Part shown: in pieces, positions 9,612-18,564 of the stretch
Layout: each line of letters starts with the position of its first letter
Numbering within the stretch: the stretch's first letter is position 1
From: Acidimicrobiia bacterium
GTDB lineage: Bacteria > Actinomycetota > Acidimicrobiia > IMCC26256 > PALSA-555
Length of the DNA: 26,829 nt
Direction of reading: 5' to 3'
NCBI GenBank assembly: GCA_045862935.1
Contig: BTUT01000001.1
Location: 1 to 26,829, forward strand
Program-made: the position numbers and the translations under genes
The notes under the pieces: generated by a model
What the model was told of the DNA's origin: nothing
Seen by the model: only the letters and a program-made list of their open reading frames with translations
Databases searched by the model: none

Positions 9612-9662
9612 AGGCCCCGAGACCGGCACCCCGAGTGGGCTGGAACGAAAGGGTCGAGACCC
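9592..9662 (+). promoter_or_regulatory. Candidate promoter (-10 TAGAAT, 9592-9597) and structured 5' leader of the DUF2520-panC-panD-nadB-nadC-coaX genes
   Basis: The -10 sits in AT-rich codons (cta gaa ttg) at the end of folK. Bulged hairpin at 9623-9643 (CCGG-CA-CCC-cgagt-GGG-CTGG). Second hairpin at 9651-9662 covers part of the SD-like AAAGGG directly before GTG 9663. Confidence 0.55.
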
Positions 9663-10508
9663 GTGAACCCTCCGCCCGTGCGCACCGTTGCGCTCGTCGG
9701 CCCCGGCCGTGTCGGGACGTCGCTCGCGCTCGCGCTCCGGGGGAGGGGCTGGCGCGTGAGCGCGGTTGCCGGACGATCGGCCGGTGCCGCTTCCACGCGT
9801 GGGGCGGTGGCCATGCTCGGCGCCCCGCCGGCCACCCCGGGAGCCGTCGGGCGAGACGCCGACGTGGTCCTCGTCACGACACCCGACGACGTGCTCCCCG
9901 CAGTGGCGAGGGCCATCGCTCCGGGGCTCCGACCGGGTGCGCTGGTGGTGCACTGCTCGGGCGCGCGGGGTCCCGATGCCCTGGATCCCCTGCGCGCCGC
10001 GCGGCCCGACGTGGCGGTCGGGGCGCTGCACCCGCTGCAGACGTTCGCCGGGATCGATCCCACCCGGCTGGCCGGTGTGTGGTCGGCGGTCGCCGGCCCG
10101 CCGGCCGTCGCCGACCTCGCGCTCGAGCTCGGCTTGCGGCCGTTCGTGGTGGCCGATGCGCACCGGGCCACGTACCACGCGGCCGCCGCAGTGGCCTCCA
10201 ACCACGTGGTCGCGCTGCTCGGGCAGGTGACGCGCCTGGCCGACGCGGCGGGGGTCCCGGTGGACGCCTTCTGGCCGCTCGTGCGCACGACGATCGACAA
10301 CGTCGAGACCCACGGGGCCGCCGGCGCGCTCACAGGCCCGATCGCCCGCGGCGACCGCGCGACGGTCGCGGCGCACCTCGACGCGATCCCCGCGGCGGAG
10401 CAACCCGCGTACCGGGCCCTCGCGCTCGCGGCGCTCGCGCTCACCGGTCGCGACGATCCCGACCTGGCCGCGTTGCTCGCGGGGGCACGTGGGGCGGTGC
10501 TCGCGTGA
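9663..10508 (+). CDS. Rossmann-like and DUF2520 domain protein (candidate PanG-type ketopantoate reductase)
   Basis: GxGxxG (VGPGRVG), VHCSGA, LHPLQTF, YHAAAAVASNH, LTGPIARGD. Directly upstream of panC. Confidence 0.85.
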   Translation: MNPPPVRTVALVGPGRVGTSLALALRGRGWRVSAVAGRSAGAASTRGAVAMLGAPPATPGAVGRDADVVLVTTPDDVLPAVARAIAPGLRPGALVVHCSGARGPDALDPLRAARPDVAVGALHPLQTFAGIDPTRLAGVWSAVAGPPAVADLALELGLRPFVVADAHRATYHAAAAVASNHVVALLGQVTRLADAAGVPVDAFWPLVRTTIDNVETHGAAGALTGPIARGDRATVAAHLDAIPAAEQPAYRALALAALALTGRDDPDLAALLAGARGAVLA

Positions 10509-11425
10509 TCACGGTCAACCGGGTTCACGAGCTGCGCACGCACTGCGATGACGCGCGTGCCGCCGGGCGGCGGGTCGGGCTCGTGCCCACGATGGGTGCG
10601 TTCCACGCCGGCCACCGTTCGCTGATGCGCCGCGCGCGCGCCGAGTGCGACCTCGTCGTCGTGTCGCTGTTCGTGAACCCGCTGCAGTTCGCGCCGAACG
10701 AGGATCTCGACCGCTACCCCCGTGACCTCGAGGGCGACACCGAGGCGGCCGCGGCGGAGGAGGTCGACCTGCTCTTCACGCCGACCGACGACGAGATGTA
10801 CCCGCGGCCGATCCGCACGACCGTGCACGTCGACGGCCTCACGGCGGGGCTGTGCGGTCGATCGCGTCCCACCCACTTCGACGGGGTCACGACGGTCGTG
10901 GCGAAGCTGCTCTCGATGGTCGGGCCGTGCCGCGCGTACTTCGGTCGCAAGGACGCCCAGCAGCTCGCGGTGGTGCGCCGCATGGTCGCCGACCTCGATC
11001 TCGCGGTCGAGATCGTCGGGTGCCCGCTGGTGCGCGAGGCGGACGGCCTCGCGATGTCGAGCCGCAACCGTGCGCTCGACGCCGACGACCGGCGTGCGGC
11101 CACGGTGCTCTCACGCGCGCTGCAGGCCGCGGCCTCGGCGATCGTCGACGGTGAGCGCGACCCCGACGCCGTCCACCGGGTGCTGGCCGGTCTGATCGCG
11201 ACGGAGCCCCGGGTGAGGCTCGACTACGCCGAGGTGGTCGACGCGGGTGAGCTCGCCCCCGTCACCAGGATCGACGGAGACGTGCTCGTCGCGGTGGCGG
11301 CGCACGTCGGATCAGCGCGCCTCATCGACAACATGACCGTGTCGGTGGGCGCCACCGGTGTCGACGTCGACCTCGGCGTCGTGGCGCAAGAGAGCGAGAG
11401 CGAGGTGTCATGCGCCGGATCATGA
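10505..11425 (+). CDS. panC: Pantoate--beta-alanine ligase
   Basis: [11 protein letters not shown] (HIGH-like), [40 protein letters not shown] start overlapping the upstream TGA. Confidence 0.97.
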   Translation: MITVNRVHELRTHCDDARAAGRRVGLVPTMGAFHAGHRSLMRRARAECDLVVVSLFVNPLQFAPNEDLDRYPRDLEGDTEAAAAEEVDLLFTPTDDEMYPRPIRTTVHVDGLTAGLCGRSRPTHFDGVTTVVAKLLSMVGPCRAYFGRKDAQQLAVVRRMVADLDLAVEIVGCPLVREADGLAMSSRNRALDADDRRAATVLSRALQAAASAIVDGERDPDAVHRVLAGLIATEPRVRLDYAEVVDAGELAPVTRIDGDVLVAVAAHVGSARLIDNMTVSVGATGVDVDLGVVAQESESEVSCAGS

Positions 11426-11781
11426 TGAAGTCGAAGATCCACCGGGCCACGGTGGTGGGCGCCGACCTGAACTACGTCGGCTCCATCACCCTGGATCCGG
11501 AGCTGATGGAGCTCGCCGACATCCGGGAGCACGAGCAGGTGCACGTGCTCGACATCGACAACGGCGCGCGGTTCGAGACCTACGCGATCGCCGGCGGCCC
11601 CGGTGACGTGATCCTGAACGGCGCCGCGGCTCGCCTCGTCCACCCCGGCGACAAGGTCATCGTGATCACGTACGCGGACTACGAGGAGGAGGAGCTCGCG
11701 ACCTATGCGCCGAAGGTGGTGCTGGTCGACGAGCAGAACCGCCCCGTCCCGGCGGGGCTCCACGCCGTCGGCACCGACTGA
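11410..11781 (+). CDS. panD: Aspartate 1-decarboxylase proenzyme
   Basis: [11 protein letters not shown]|S self-cleavage site [32 protein letters not shown]. Confidence 0.98.
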   Translation: MRRIMMKSKIHRATVVGADLNYVGSITLDPELMELADIREHEQVHVLDIDNGARFETYAIAGGPGDVILNGAAARLVHPGDKVIVITYADYEEEELATYAPKVVLVDEQNRPVPAGLHAVGTD

Positions 11782-11797
11782 TCCCGGGGGCTGCGCC

Positions 11798-13399
11798 GTG
11801 AGACGGTCGAGTCCGGCGACCGACGTCGTGGTCCTGGGGAGTGGGGTCGCGGGCCTCACCGCGGCGATCCACGCCGCCCGGCGCGGGCTCTCCACGATCG
11901 TGCTCACCAAGGCCGAGCTCGACGCGTCGGCCACGTCGTTCGCGCAGGGCGGGGTCGCGGCGGCCCTCGAGGAGGACGTCGACTCGCCCGAGCTGCACCT
12001 CGCCGACACGATGACCGCGGGCGCCCACCTCTGCGACGTCGACGCCGTGCGCGTGCTGGTGACGGAGGGCCCGGGCCGCATCCGCGAGCTGATCGGCTTC
12101 GGGGCCCGGTTCGACCACCTCGGCACGGAGCTCGCCACCACCCGGGAGGGCGGTCACTCGGTGGCGCGGGTGATCCACGCCGGAGGCGACGCGACCGGCG
12201 CCGAGATCCAGCGGGCACTTGCCCAGACCGCGCTCGACGAGGCCATCGAGGTCCGGGAGCGGTGGCGCGTGACCGACCTCCTCGTGGAGGACGGGCGCGC
12301 GGTGGGCGTGGCCGCCCTCGACGCCGCCGGGGCGCCCCGTCAGGTGCGGGCGCGCCACACGGTGGTGGCCACCGGCGGTGCCGGGCAGTGCTTCGCGGTG
12401 ACGACGAACCCGCCGGTGTCGACGGGCGACGGGATCGCGATGGCGCTGCGAGCCGGGGTCGCGGTCGCGGACGTCGAGTTCATGCAGTTCCACCCGACGG
12501 CGCTCGACTCCCCGGCGACCCCACGCGTGCTCCTCTCGGAGGCGCTGCGCGGGGAGGGTGCCGTGCTGCGCGACGACGACGGCTTCGCGTTCATGACCGA
12601 GGAGCACCCGCTCGGGGACCTCGCTCCGCGCGACGTCGTCGCGCGCGCCATCACCCGTCGATGCCTGGCCCGGGGCGTCGATCACCTGTGGCTCGACGCC
12701 ACCGCGATCCCCGGCTTCGCCGACCGCTTCCCGACCATCTGGCGCCTGGTGCGCGGCGTGGGCCTCGATCCCACCCACGACTTCCTGCCGGTCGCGCCGG
12801 CCGCGCACTACCTGTCGGGCGGCATCGTCGCCGACCTCGACGGCGCGAGCAACCTTCCCGGTCTCTGGGCGTGCGGCGAGGCCGCGTGCAGCGGCGTGCA
12901 CGGCGCGAACCGGCTCGCGTCGAACTCGCTGCTCGACGGGCTCGTGTTCGGCTCGCGCCTCGTCGAGGCCATCACGCGGGGCAAGGACCGCCCGGACTCC
13001 ACCGGGGTGATGCGCGGCGTCGCGCCCTGGGTCCCCGGTCCGGTGCACGAGCCGGAGACGGGCGGCCCCACGGCGCGCGAGGAGTTCCAGCGGGTGCTGA
13101 CCCGCGACGCGGGGGTGCTGCGCGACCACGAGCGGCTGACCCGCGCCACCGGGGAGCTCGGGGCCATGCGAGCGGCGACGCTCGAGGACGCCAACCTGCT
13201 CGCGGTCGGCCGCGCGCTCGTCGCGGCGGCCCTCGCGCGGCGCGAGTCGCGGGGCACGCACACCCGCCTCGACCACCCCGAACGCTCCGCCGCGTTCGAC
13301 GGGCGGTTCGTGTTCGGTCACGGAGCGGAGCCCGAGCTCGTCCCCCTCCCCTTCACGGTGCCGCTCCCCGCCACGACGCCCCTCGGGACGCCGTCGTGA
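11798..13399 (+). CDS. nadB: L-aspartate oxidase
   Basis: FAD-binding VVVLGSGVAG, AQGGVAAA, EGGHS, QFHPT, AHYLSGG, GVHGANRLASNSL, ESRG.H.R.D. Confidence 0.96.
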   Translation: MRRSSPATDVVVLGSGVAGLTAAIHAARRGLSTIVLTKAELDASATSFAQGGVAAALEEDVDSPELHLADTMTAGAHLCDVDAVRVLVTEGPGRIRELIGFGARFDHLGTELATTREGGHSVARVIHAGGDATGAEIQRALAQTALDEAIEVRERWRVTDLLVEDGRAVGVAALDAAGAPRQVRARHTVVATGGAGQCFAVTTNPPVSTGDGIAMALRAGVAVADVEFMQFHPTALDSPATPRVLLSEALRGEGAVLRDDDGFAFMTEEHPLGDLAPRDVVARAITRRCLARGVDHLWLDATAIPGFADRFPTIWRLVRGVGLDPTHDFLPVAPAAHYLSGGIVADLDGASNLPGLWACGEAACSGVHGANRLASNSLLDGLVFGSRLVEAITRGKDRPDSTGVMRGVAPWVPGPVHEPETGGPTAREEFQRVLTRDAGVLRDHERLTRATGELGAMRAATLEDANLLAVGRALVAAALARRESRGTHTRLDHPERSAAFDGRFVFGHGAEPELVPLPFTVPLPATTPLGTPS

Positions 13400-14265
13400 G
13401 CCGGCGCACCGACTTCGACCCTCCGCGGCACGCGGTCGTCGACGCCGTCGCCCGCGCGGTCGCCGAGGATCTCGGACCGCTCGGTGACATCAGCGCGGCG
13501 CTGCTCCCCGCCGACGCCACGGTCGTGGCGGACTTCGTCCCCCGCGTGGCGGGTGTGCTCGCCGGCACCGCCTGCGCGACCGAGGCCTACGCGCAGCTCG
13601 ATCCCCGCGTCCGCGTCTCGTGGGGCGCGAGCGACGGTGATCGCGTCGAAGCCCACGAGCCGGTCGGTCGCGTGGAGGGGCCGGTGCGCGCCGTGCTCAC
13701 CGGTGAGCGCACCGCGCTGAACTTCCTGTGCCACCTCTCGGGCATCGCCACGCTCACGCGGCGCTTCGTGGAGCACGCGGCCACCGGCGGGCCCGTCCGG
13801 GTCGTCGAGACCCGCAAGACCCTGCCCGGCCTCCGGGCGCTCGAGAAGGCGGCGGTGCGGGCGGGCGGCGGGTCGAACCACCGCGGCTCGCTCTCCGACC
13901 TCGTGCTCGTCAAGGACAACCACCTCGCGGGGCTCACGATCCTCGATGCCGTCACCCTCGCCCGGGCGACCTGGCCGGGGCGGGGGATCGAGGTCGAGTG
14001 CGACCGGCCCGATCAGGTGGCCGAGGCGGTCGCGGCCGGGGCCGACCTCGTGATGCTCGACAACATGACCCCCGCCGAGGCGACAGAATGCGTGACGATC
14101 GTCCGCGCGAGCGGGCGCCCGCACGTCGTCGTGGAGATCTCGGGCGGGGTGACGCTCGAGACCGTCGCGGCGTACGCCGCCACCGGCGCCGACGTCGTGT
14201 CCACGAGCATCATCACGCAGTCGGCGCCCGCACTCGACCTCGGCCTCGACCTGGCGCCCGAGTAG
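13396..14265 (+). CDS. nadC: Nicotinate-nucleotide pyrophosphorylase (quinolinate phosphoribosyltransferase)
   Basis: AEDL...GDI, ERTALNFL..LSGIAT, TRKT.PGLR.LEK, KDNH, EVECD, MLDNM, ISGGV. Confidence 0.97.
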   Translation: MSRRTDFDPPRHAVVDAVARAVAEDLGPLGDISAALLPADATVVADFVPRVAGVLAGTACATEAYAQLDPRVRVSWGASDGDRVEAHEPVGRVEGPVRAVLTGERTALNFLCHLSGIATLTRRFVEHAATGGPVRVVETRKTLPGLRALEKAAVRAGGGSNHRGSLSDLVLVKDNHLAGLTILDAVTLARATWPGRGIEVECDRPDQVAEAVAAGADLVMLDNMTPAEATECVTIVRASGRPHVVVEISGGVTLETVAAYAATGADVVSTSIITQSAPALDLGLDLAPE

Positions 14266-14307
14266 CCCCGGCCCGAACCGATCACGAACGCGCGAAAGGC
14301 TGACCCC

Positions 14308-15078
14308 ATGCTCCTGTGCATCGACGTCGGCAACACCCAGATGGTGATCGGCTTGTTCTCCGGCACCGAGCTCGCCGACCACTGGCGCATCGCGACGGTG
14401 GCGGAGCGCACATCCGACGAGCTCGCGCTCATGGTGCAGCAGTTCCTCGGGTTCCACGGGTTCGCGTTCGACGAGCACATCAGTGGCGTGGCCATCGCCT
14501 CGGGCGTCCCGCGCGTCACCGCGGCGCTGCGCGAGATGACCGAGCGGTACTTCGGGCACCCACCGATGGTGCTCGAACCGGGCATCCGCACCGGGATGCC
14601 GATCCTCTACGACAACCCGAAGGAGGTGGGTGCCGACCGCATCGCGAACGCGGTCGCGGCCTACGACCAGTACGGCGGACCGTCGATCGTCGTCGACTTC
14701 GGCACCGCGAACACCATCGAGGCGATCAGCGCCAAGGGCGAGTATCTCGGTGGCGCGATCTTCCCGGGCATCGAGATCTCGATGGACGCGCTGTTCGGAC
14801 GGGCGGCGGCGCTGCGCCGCGTCGAGCTCGTGCCCCCCAAGCACGTGATCGGGAAGTCGACGGTCGAGTCGATCCAGTCGGGCGCGGTGTACGGGTTCAG
14901 CGGGCAGGTGGACGCGCTCGTCGACCGCTTCCAGGCCGAGCTCGGCGAGTGCACGGTGATCGCGACCGGCGGGGTCGCCGAGGCCATCATCCCCTTCTCC
15001 CGCACGATCCAGCACCATGAGCCCTGGCTGACGATCCAGGGGCTGCGCATCGTGTTCGAACGGAACCAGGAACGGTGA
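14308..15078 (+). CDS. coaX: Type III pantothenate kinase
   Basis: LLCIDVGNT, VGADRIAN, VVDFGTA, GGAIFPG, IATGG. SD GAAAGG. Confidence 0.96.
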   Translation: MLLCIDVGNTQMVIGLFSGTELADHWRIATVAERTSDELALMVQQFLGFHGFAFDEHISGVAIASGVPRVTAALREMTERYFGHPPMVLEPGIRTGMPILYDNPKEVGADRIANAVAAYDQYGGPSIVVDFGTANTIEAISAKGEYLGGAIFPGIEISMDALFGRAAALRRVELVPPKHVIGKSTVESIQSGAVYGFSGQVDALVDRFQAELGECTVIATGGVAEAIIPFSRTIQHHEPWLTIQGLRIVFERNQER

Positions 15079-16580
15079 CCGTCGAGGAGCCCACCTCCCC
15101 GTCCGGTGAGCGGGCCCGCCGGCTCGCGAAGCTCGACGAGCTGCGGCGCCGCGGCGTCGATCCGTACCCCGTCCGCTACGACCGCACGCACACGACCGCC
15201 GAGGTGCTCGAGCACTGGGGCCATCTCGAGGCGGGGATGGAGGTCGGCGACGTCGTGCGCGTCGCCGGGCGCATCGTGCTGCTGCGCCGTCAGGGCAAGC
15301 TCACGTTCGCCACGGTGCGCGACGGGTCGGGGACGATCCAGCTGTTCGTGTCGCGGGGCGAGATCGGCGACGAGCGCCACGCCGCCTTCGACGACCTCGA
15401 CCTCGGCGACTGGGTGGGCGCCGAGGGAGCGGTCATGAAGACCCGGCGCGGCGAGCTGTCGGTGAAGGTCGCCGACTGGACGCTCCTCGCGAAGGCGGTG
15501 CGCGCGCTGCCCGACAAGTGGCACGGGCTGGCCGACGTCGACACCCGCTTCCGGCAGCGCTACGTGGATCTCATCGCGAACGACGAAGCCCGGCGGATCT
15601 TCGCGATCCGGTTCTCGGTGATCGCGACCATGCGGCGCTTCCTCGCCGAGCGGGGGTACGTGGAGGTCGAGACCCCGGTGTTGCACGTGCAGGCCGGGGG
15701 CGCGGCCGCGCGCCCCTTCGAGACGCACCACCACGCGCTCGACATGCCGTTGACGCTGCGCATCGCCCTCGAGCTGCACCTCAAGCGCCTGCTCGTCGGG
15801 GGCATGGAGCGCGTCTTCGAGATCGGTCGGGTGTTCCGCAACGAGGGGCTGTCGACGCGCCACAACCCCGAGTTCACGATGCTCGAGTGCTACGAGGCGT
15901 ACGCCGACTACACCGACATGATGACGCTCACCGAGGAGCTGGTCGCCGAGTGCGCGCGGGCGGCCACCGGGGGGACCGTCGTGGAGGTCGACGGCGTGGC
16001 GCTCGACCTCGCTCCCCCGTGGCCGCGGCGCACGATGCTCGAGCTCATCGCCGAGCACGCGGGGGAGCGGGTGCATCCGGCGATGGCGCTCGCCGAGCTC
16101 GAAGCGGCGTGCGATCGCGCCGGGGTGGCCCGCGAGCCGGGTTGGGGTCCCGGCAAGCTCGTGCTCGAGCTCTACGAGAAGACCGTGGAGCCCAACCTCA
16201 CCGGCCCGGTCTTCGTGCTCGACTACCCGCGCGAGGTCTCGCCCCTCGCCCGGGCGCACCGCGCCGACCCCGCGCTCGTGGAGCGGTTCGAGGCGGTGGT
16301 GCTCGGTCGGGAGCTGGCGAACGCGTTCAGCGAGCTGAACGATCCCGTCGATCAGCTCGAGCGGTTCGTCGCCCAGGCCGAGCTGGCCGCCGCCGGGGAC
16401 GAGGAGGCCCACGGCGTCGACGACGACTACGTGCGCGCCCTCGAGTACGGCCTCCCGCCGTGTGGCGGCCTGGGGATCGGGGTCGACCGCCTCGTGATGA
16501 TCGTGGCCGGCGTGTCGTCGATCCGCGAGGTGATCCTGTTCCCTCACCTGCGACCCGAGGTCGCTGACCCCGGCCCGTGA
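15075..16580 (+). CDS. lysS: Lysine--tRNA ligase (class II)
   Basis: OB-fold N-terminus, RQRYVDL, GGAAARPF, FRNEG, HNPEFTMLE, GLGIGVDRL. Confidence 0.98.
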   Translation: MTVEEPTSPSGERARRLAKLDELRRRGVDPYPVRYDRTHTTAEVLEHWGHLEAGMEVGDVVRVAGRIVLLRRQGKLTFATVRDGSGTIQLFVSRGEIGDERHAAFDDLDLGDWVGAEGAVMKTRRGELSVKVADWTLLAKAVRALPDKWHGLADVDTRFRQRYVDLIANDEARRIFAIRFSVIATMRRFLAERGYVEVETPVLHVQAGGAAARPFETHHHALDMPLTLRIALELHLKRLLVGGMERVFEIGRVFRNEGLSTRHNPEFTMLECYEAYADYTDMMTLTEELVAECARAATGGTVVEVDGVALDLAPPWPRRTMLELIAEHAGERVHPAMALAELEAACDRAGVAREPGWGPGKLVLELYEKTVEPNLTGPVFVLDYPREVSPLARAHRADPALVERFEAVVLGRELANAFSELNDPVDQLERFVAQAELAAAGDEEAHGVDDDYVRALEYGLPPCGGLGIGVDRLVMIVAGVSSIREVILFPHLRPEVADPGP

Positions 16581-16592
16581 GCGGGGGCCGCG

Positions 16593-16598
16593 TAGCCT
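16593..16598 (+). promoter_or_regulatory. Candidate -10 (TAGCCT) upstream of the SDR gene
   Basis: TAnnnT 9 nt before ATG 16608; no SD. Confidence 0.35.
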
Positions 16599-16607
16599 GA
16601 TCACCCG

Positions 16608-17588
16608 ATGCGAGTGCTGGTCACCGGCATGGGCGGGCACCTGGGAACCCGCGTGGCCCAGCTGCTCGAAGCGCGACCCGAGGTCGAGGCCGTCGCCGGG
16701 TTCGACTTCGTACCACCCCGTCGCCGCCTCGTCCGCGCGGTCTTCAAGCGCATCGACCCGCGCGACCGCGACCGTCTGATCGGGTTCGTGCGGGAGTTCG
16801 CGCCGACGGCCGTGGCCCACTTCGGCGTCTACGAGCCGGCGGCCCGCATGGGCGTGCGGGCCTCGGCCGAGGCCTCGGAGGAGTGCACCGTGAACGCACT
16901 CGGCGCGGCCGTGCGGGCGGGCGCGCTCGACCGGGTCGTGGTGCGCAGCGGGCTCGAGGTCTACGGCCGGGGCGGAGGCCGCCCCGAGGTCCCCGACGAG
17001 CACGCCCCGCTCGGCCCCACGACCCCCTACGGCCGGATCTGCCTCGACGTCGAGGCGCACGCCGCCGGGCTCTCGCGCCGCCACGGCATCCCGGTCGCGG
17101 CGCTGCGGCTGGCACCGGTGTCGGGCTCGCGGGCGCCGAGCCCGATCGGGCGACTGCTGCGGCTGCCCGCGGTGCCGGTCCCCGCGTTCGCCGACCCGCC
17201 GTTCCAGTTGCTGCACACCGACGACGCCGCCCGGGCGATGGTCGCGGCGTTGGTGCGTCGGGCCGAGGGTGCGTTCAACGTGGTGGGTCCCGGGGCCGCG
17301 AGCCCGTGGCAGGCGGTCCGGCTCGGCGGGAGGATCCCCGTGCCCTTCGTCGGGCCGGGATGGATCGTCGCGACCCGGGTCGCCGAGGTCGCCGGCTCGC
17401 CCGTGCCACCCCACGTGCTCGAGCTGATCCGGTTGGGGTGCGTGGCCGACGGGGGGCGGGCCGTGTCGGAGCTCGACCTCCCCGACCTCATCCCGACCCA
17501 GGACGTCGTCACCGACCTCTACGCCTGGGCCAGCGTCACCGCGCTGCCCGCCCGGCCGGTGCTCACCGCGCTGGAAGGGTCCGGCTGA
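16608..17588 (+). CDS. NAD-dependent epimerase/dehydratase-family (atypical SDR) protein, Rv0501-like
   Basis: GxxGxxG (TGMGGHLG), RVVVRSGLEVYG, FQLLH.DDA, QAVRLGGRIPVP. The YxxxK position reads YGRIC. Confidence 0.85.
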   Translation: MRVLVTGMGGHLGTRVAQLLEARPEVEAVAGFDFVPPRRRLVRAVFKRIDPRDRDRLIGFVREFAPTAVAHFGVYEPAARMGVRASAEASEECTVNALGAAVRAGALDRVVVRSGLEVYGRGGGRPEVPDEHAPLGPTTPYGRICLDVEAHAAGLSRRHGIPVAALRLAPVSGSRAPSPIGRLLRLPAVPVPAFADPPFQLLHTDDAARAMVAALVRRAEGAFNVVGPGAASPWQAVRLGGRIPVPFVGPGWIVATRVAEVAGSPVPPHVLELIRLGCVADGGRAVSELDLPDLIPTQDVVTDLYAWASVTALPARPVLTALEGSG

Positions 17589-17589
17589 C

Positions 17590-18564
17590 GTGGGCGGCGG
17601 GCGCGACGACGCGGTCGGCGGCGCAGGCGCGCACGCGGTCGGCGGCGCAGGCGCGCACGCGGTCGGCGGCGCAGGCGCAGGTACGCGCACGAGCGGGGGT
17701 GTGGGCGCGTGCGCGACCACCCGCGACGGGCTGGTCGTGAGCCCTGCGCCCGTCCCGAACTACGGCATCGACGCCGACCGGGTGCTCGAGCGCGACGGTC
17801 TCCTCGATGCCGCCCGGCGGCGCTGGGACGGCCGCTACGCGGTCGACGAGTTCGGCGGGGACCCGCACCTCCAGGACCTCCTGCTCGTCCCGGTCGCGGG
17901 GCGGGTGCCGGTGCGGGTCCACGACGGGGCACGCCTGCCCCACTCGGGGCCCGCGCTGCTCATCGCCAACCGCGGCCTGGGCCTGGTGGAGCCGCTCGTG
18001 CTCGCGGGCGCCGTGCAACGCGAGACGGGCCGGCGCCTGCGGATCGCCGGCTTGGCGAACCCGCCGCTGGTGGGCATGCTCGCCCACAAGCTGGGCGGGA
18101 TCAGCCGGCGCGCCGGTGACGTCGCCGCCGTGCTGCGCGCGGGGCACCTCGCGGCCGCGCCCCTGGCGCGGTCGTGGTCGGCGATCGGGACGGGGGAGGC
18201 GCCGCGGGCGCTGATCGCGGCAACCCTGGGGTTCCCGCTCCTGCCGGTCGCGATCCTGCCTCACGGGCCGGCGGGCGTCCCGCTGCGGGGCTGGTCGGTG
18301 TGGGTCGGTGAGGCGCTCACCCCCGCCGAGGGAGCCGAGGCGGGCGACCCGCTCGCCGCGGCGGAGCTCTCGGAGGCCGTGCGCTCGTCGATCTCCGATC
18401 TGCTGTGCGACGCGCGGACCCCCGGCGACCCCCTGAGCGGCGACGGTGCCGCGGGCCTGGGGAGCCGCGACCTGGGAGGCCGCGACCTGGGAGGCCGCGA
18501 CGTGGAGCGCCGCGACGTGGGGCGCCGCGACGTGGGGAGGCGCGACGTGGGGAGCGGGGCGTGA
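17590..18564 (+). CDS. Lysophospholipid/glycerolipid acyltransferase-like protein (Rv0502-like), catalytic motifs degenerate; true start uncertain (GTG 17590, 17701 or 17737)
   Basis: GRYAVDEFGGDPH, LPHSGPALLIAN, DPLAAAELSEAVRSSI resemble the Rv0502 family as I recall it. Adjacent to an Rv0501-like SDR. Confidence 0.7.
   Translation: MGGGRDDAVGGAGAHAVGGAGAHAVGGAGAGTRTSGGVGACATTRDGLVVSPAPVPNYGIDADRVLERDGLLDAARRRWDGRYAVDEFGGDPHLQDLLLVPVAGRVPVRVHDGARLPHSGPALLIANRGLGLVEPLVLAGAVQRETGRRLRIAGLANPPLVGMLAHKLGGISRRAGDVAAVLRAGHLAAAPLARSWSAIGTGEAPRALIAATLGFPLLPVAILPHGPAGVPLRGWSVWVGEALTPAEGAEAGDPLAAAELSEAVRSSISDLLCDARTPGDPLSGDGAAGLGSRDLGGRDLGGRDVERRDVGRRDVGRRDVGSGA
17609..17678. repeat. Perfect 24-bp tandem repeat (~2.9 copies, acgcggtcggcggcgcaggcgcgc)
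   Basis: Units at 17609, 17633 and 17657 (partial). Confidence 0.9.
18466..18555. repeat. 15-bp tandem repeat x6 encoding RDLGG/RDVGR at the C-terminus of the acyltransferase-like gene
   Basis: cgcgac[c/g]tgg... units at 18466, 18481, 18496, 18511, 18526 and 18541. Confidence 0.9.

Noticed and set aside
10505-14265. Absence of panB and nadA from the pan/nad cluster
   Set aside because: These genes are commonly located elsewhere in actinobacterial genomes, so their absence from this window is uninformative.
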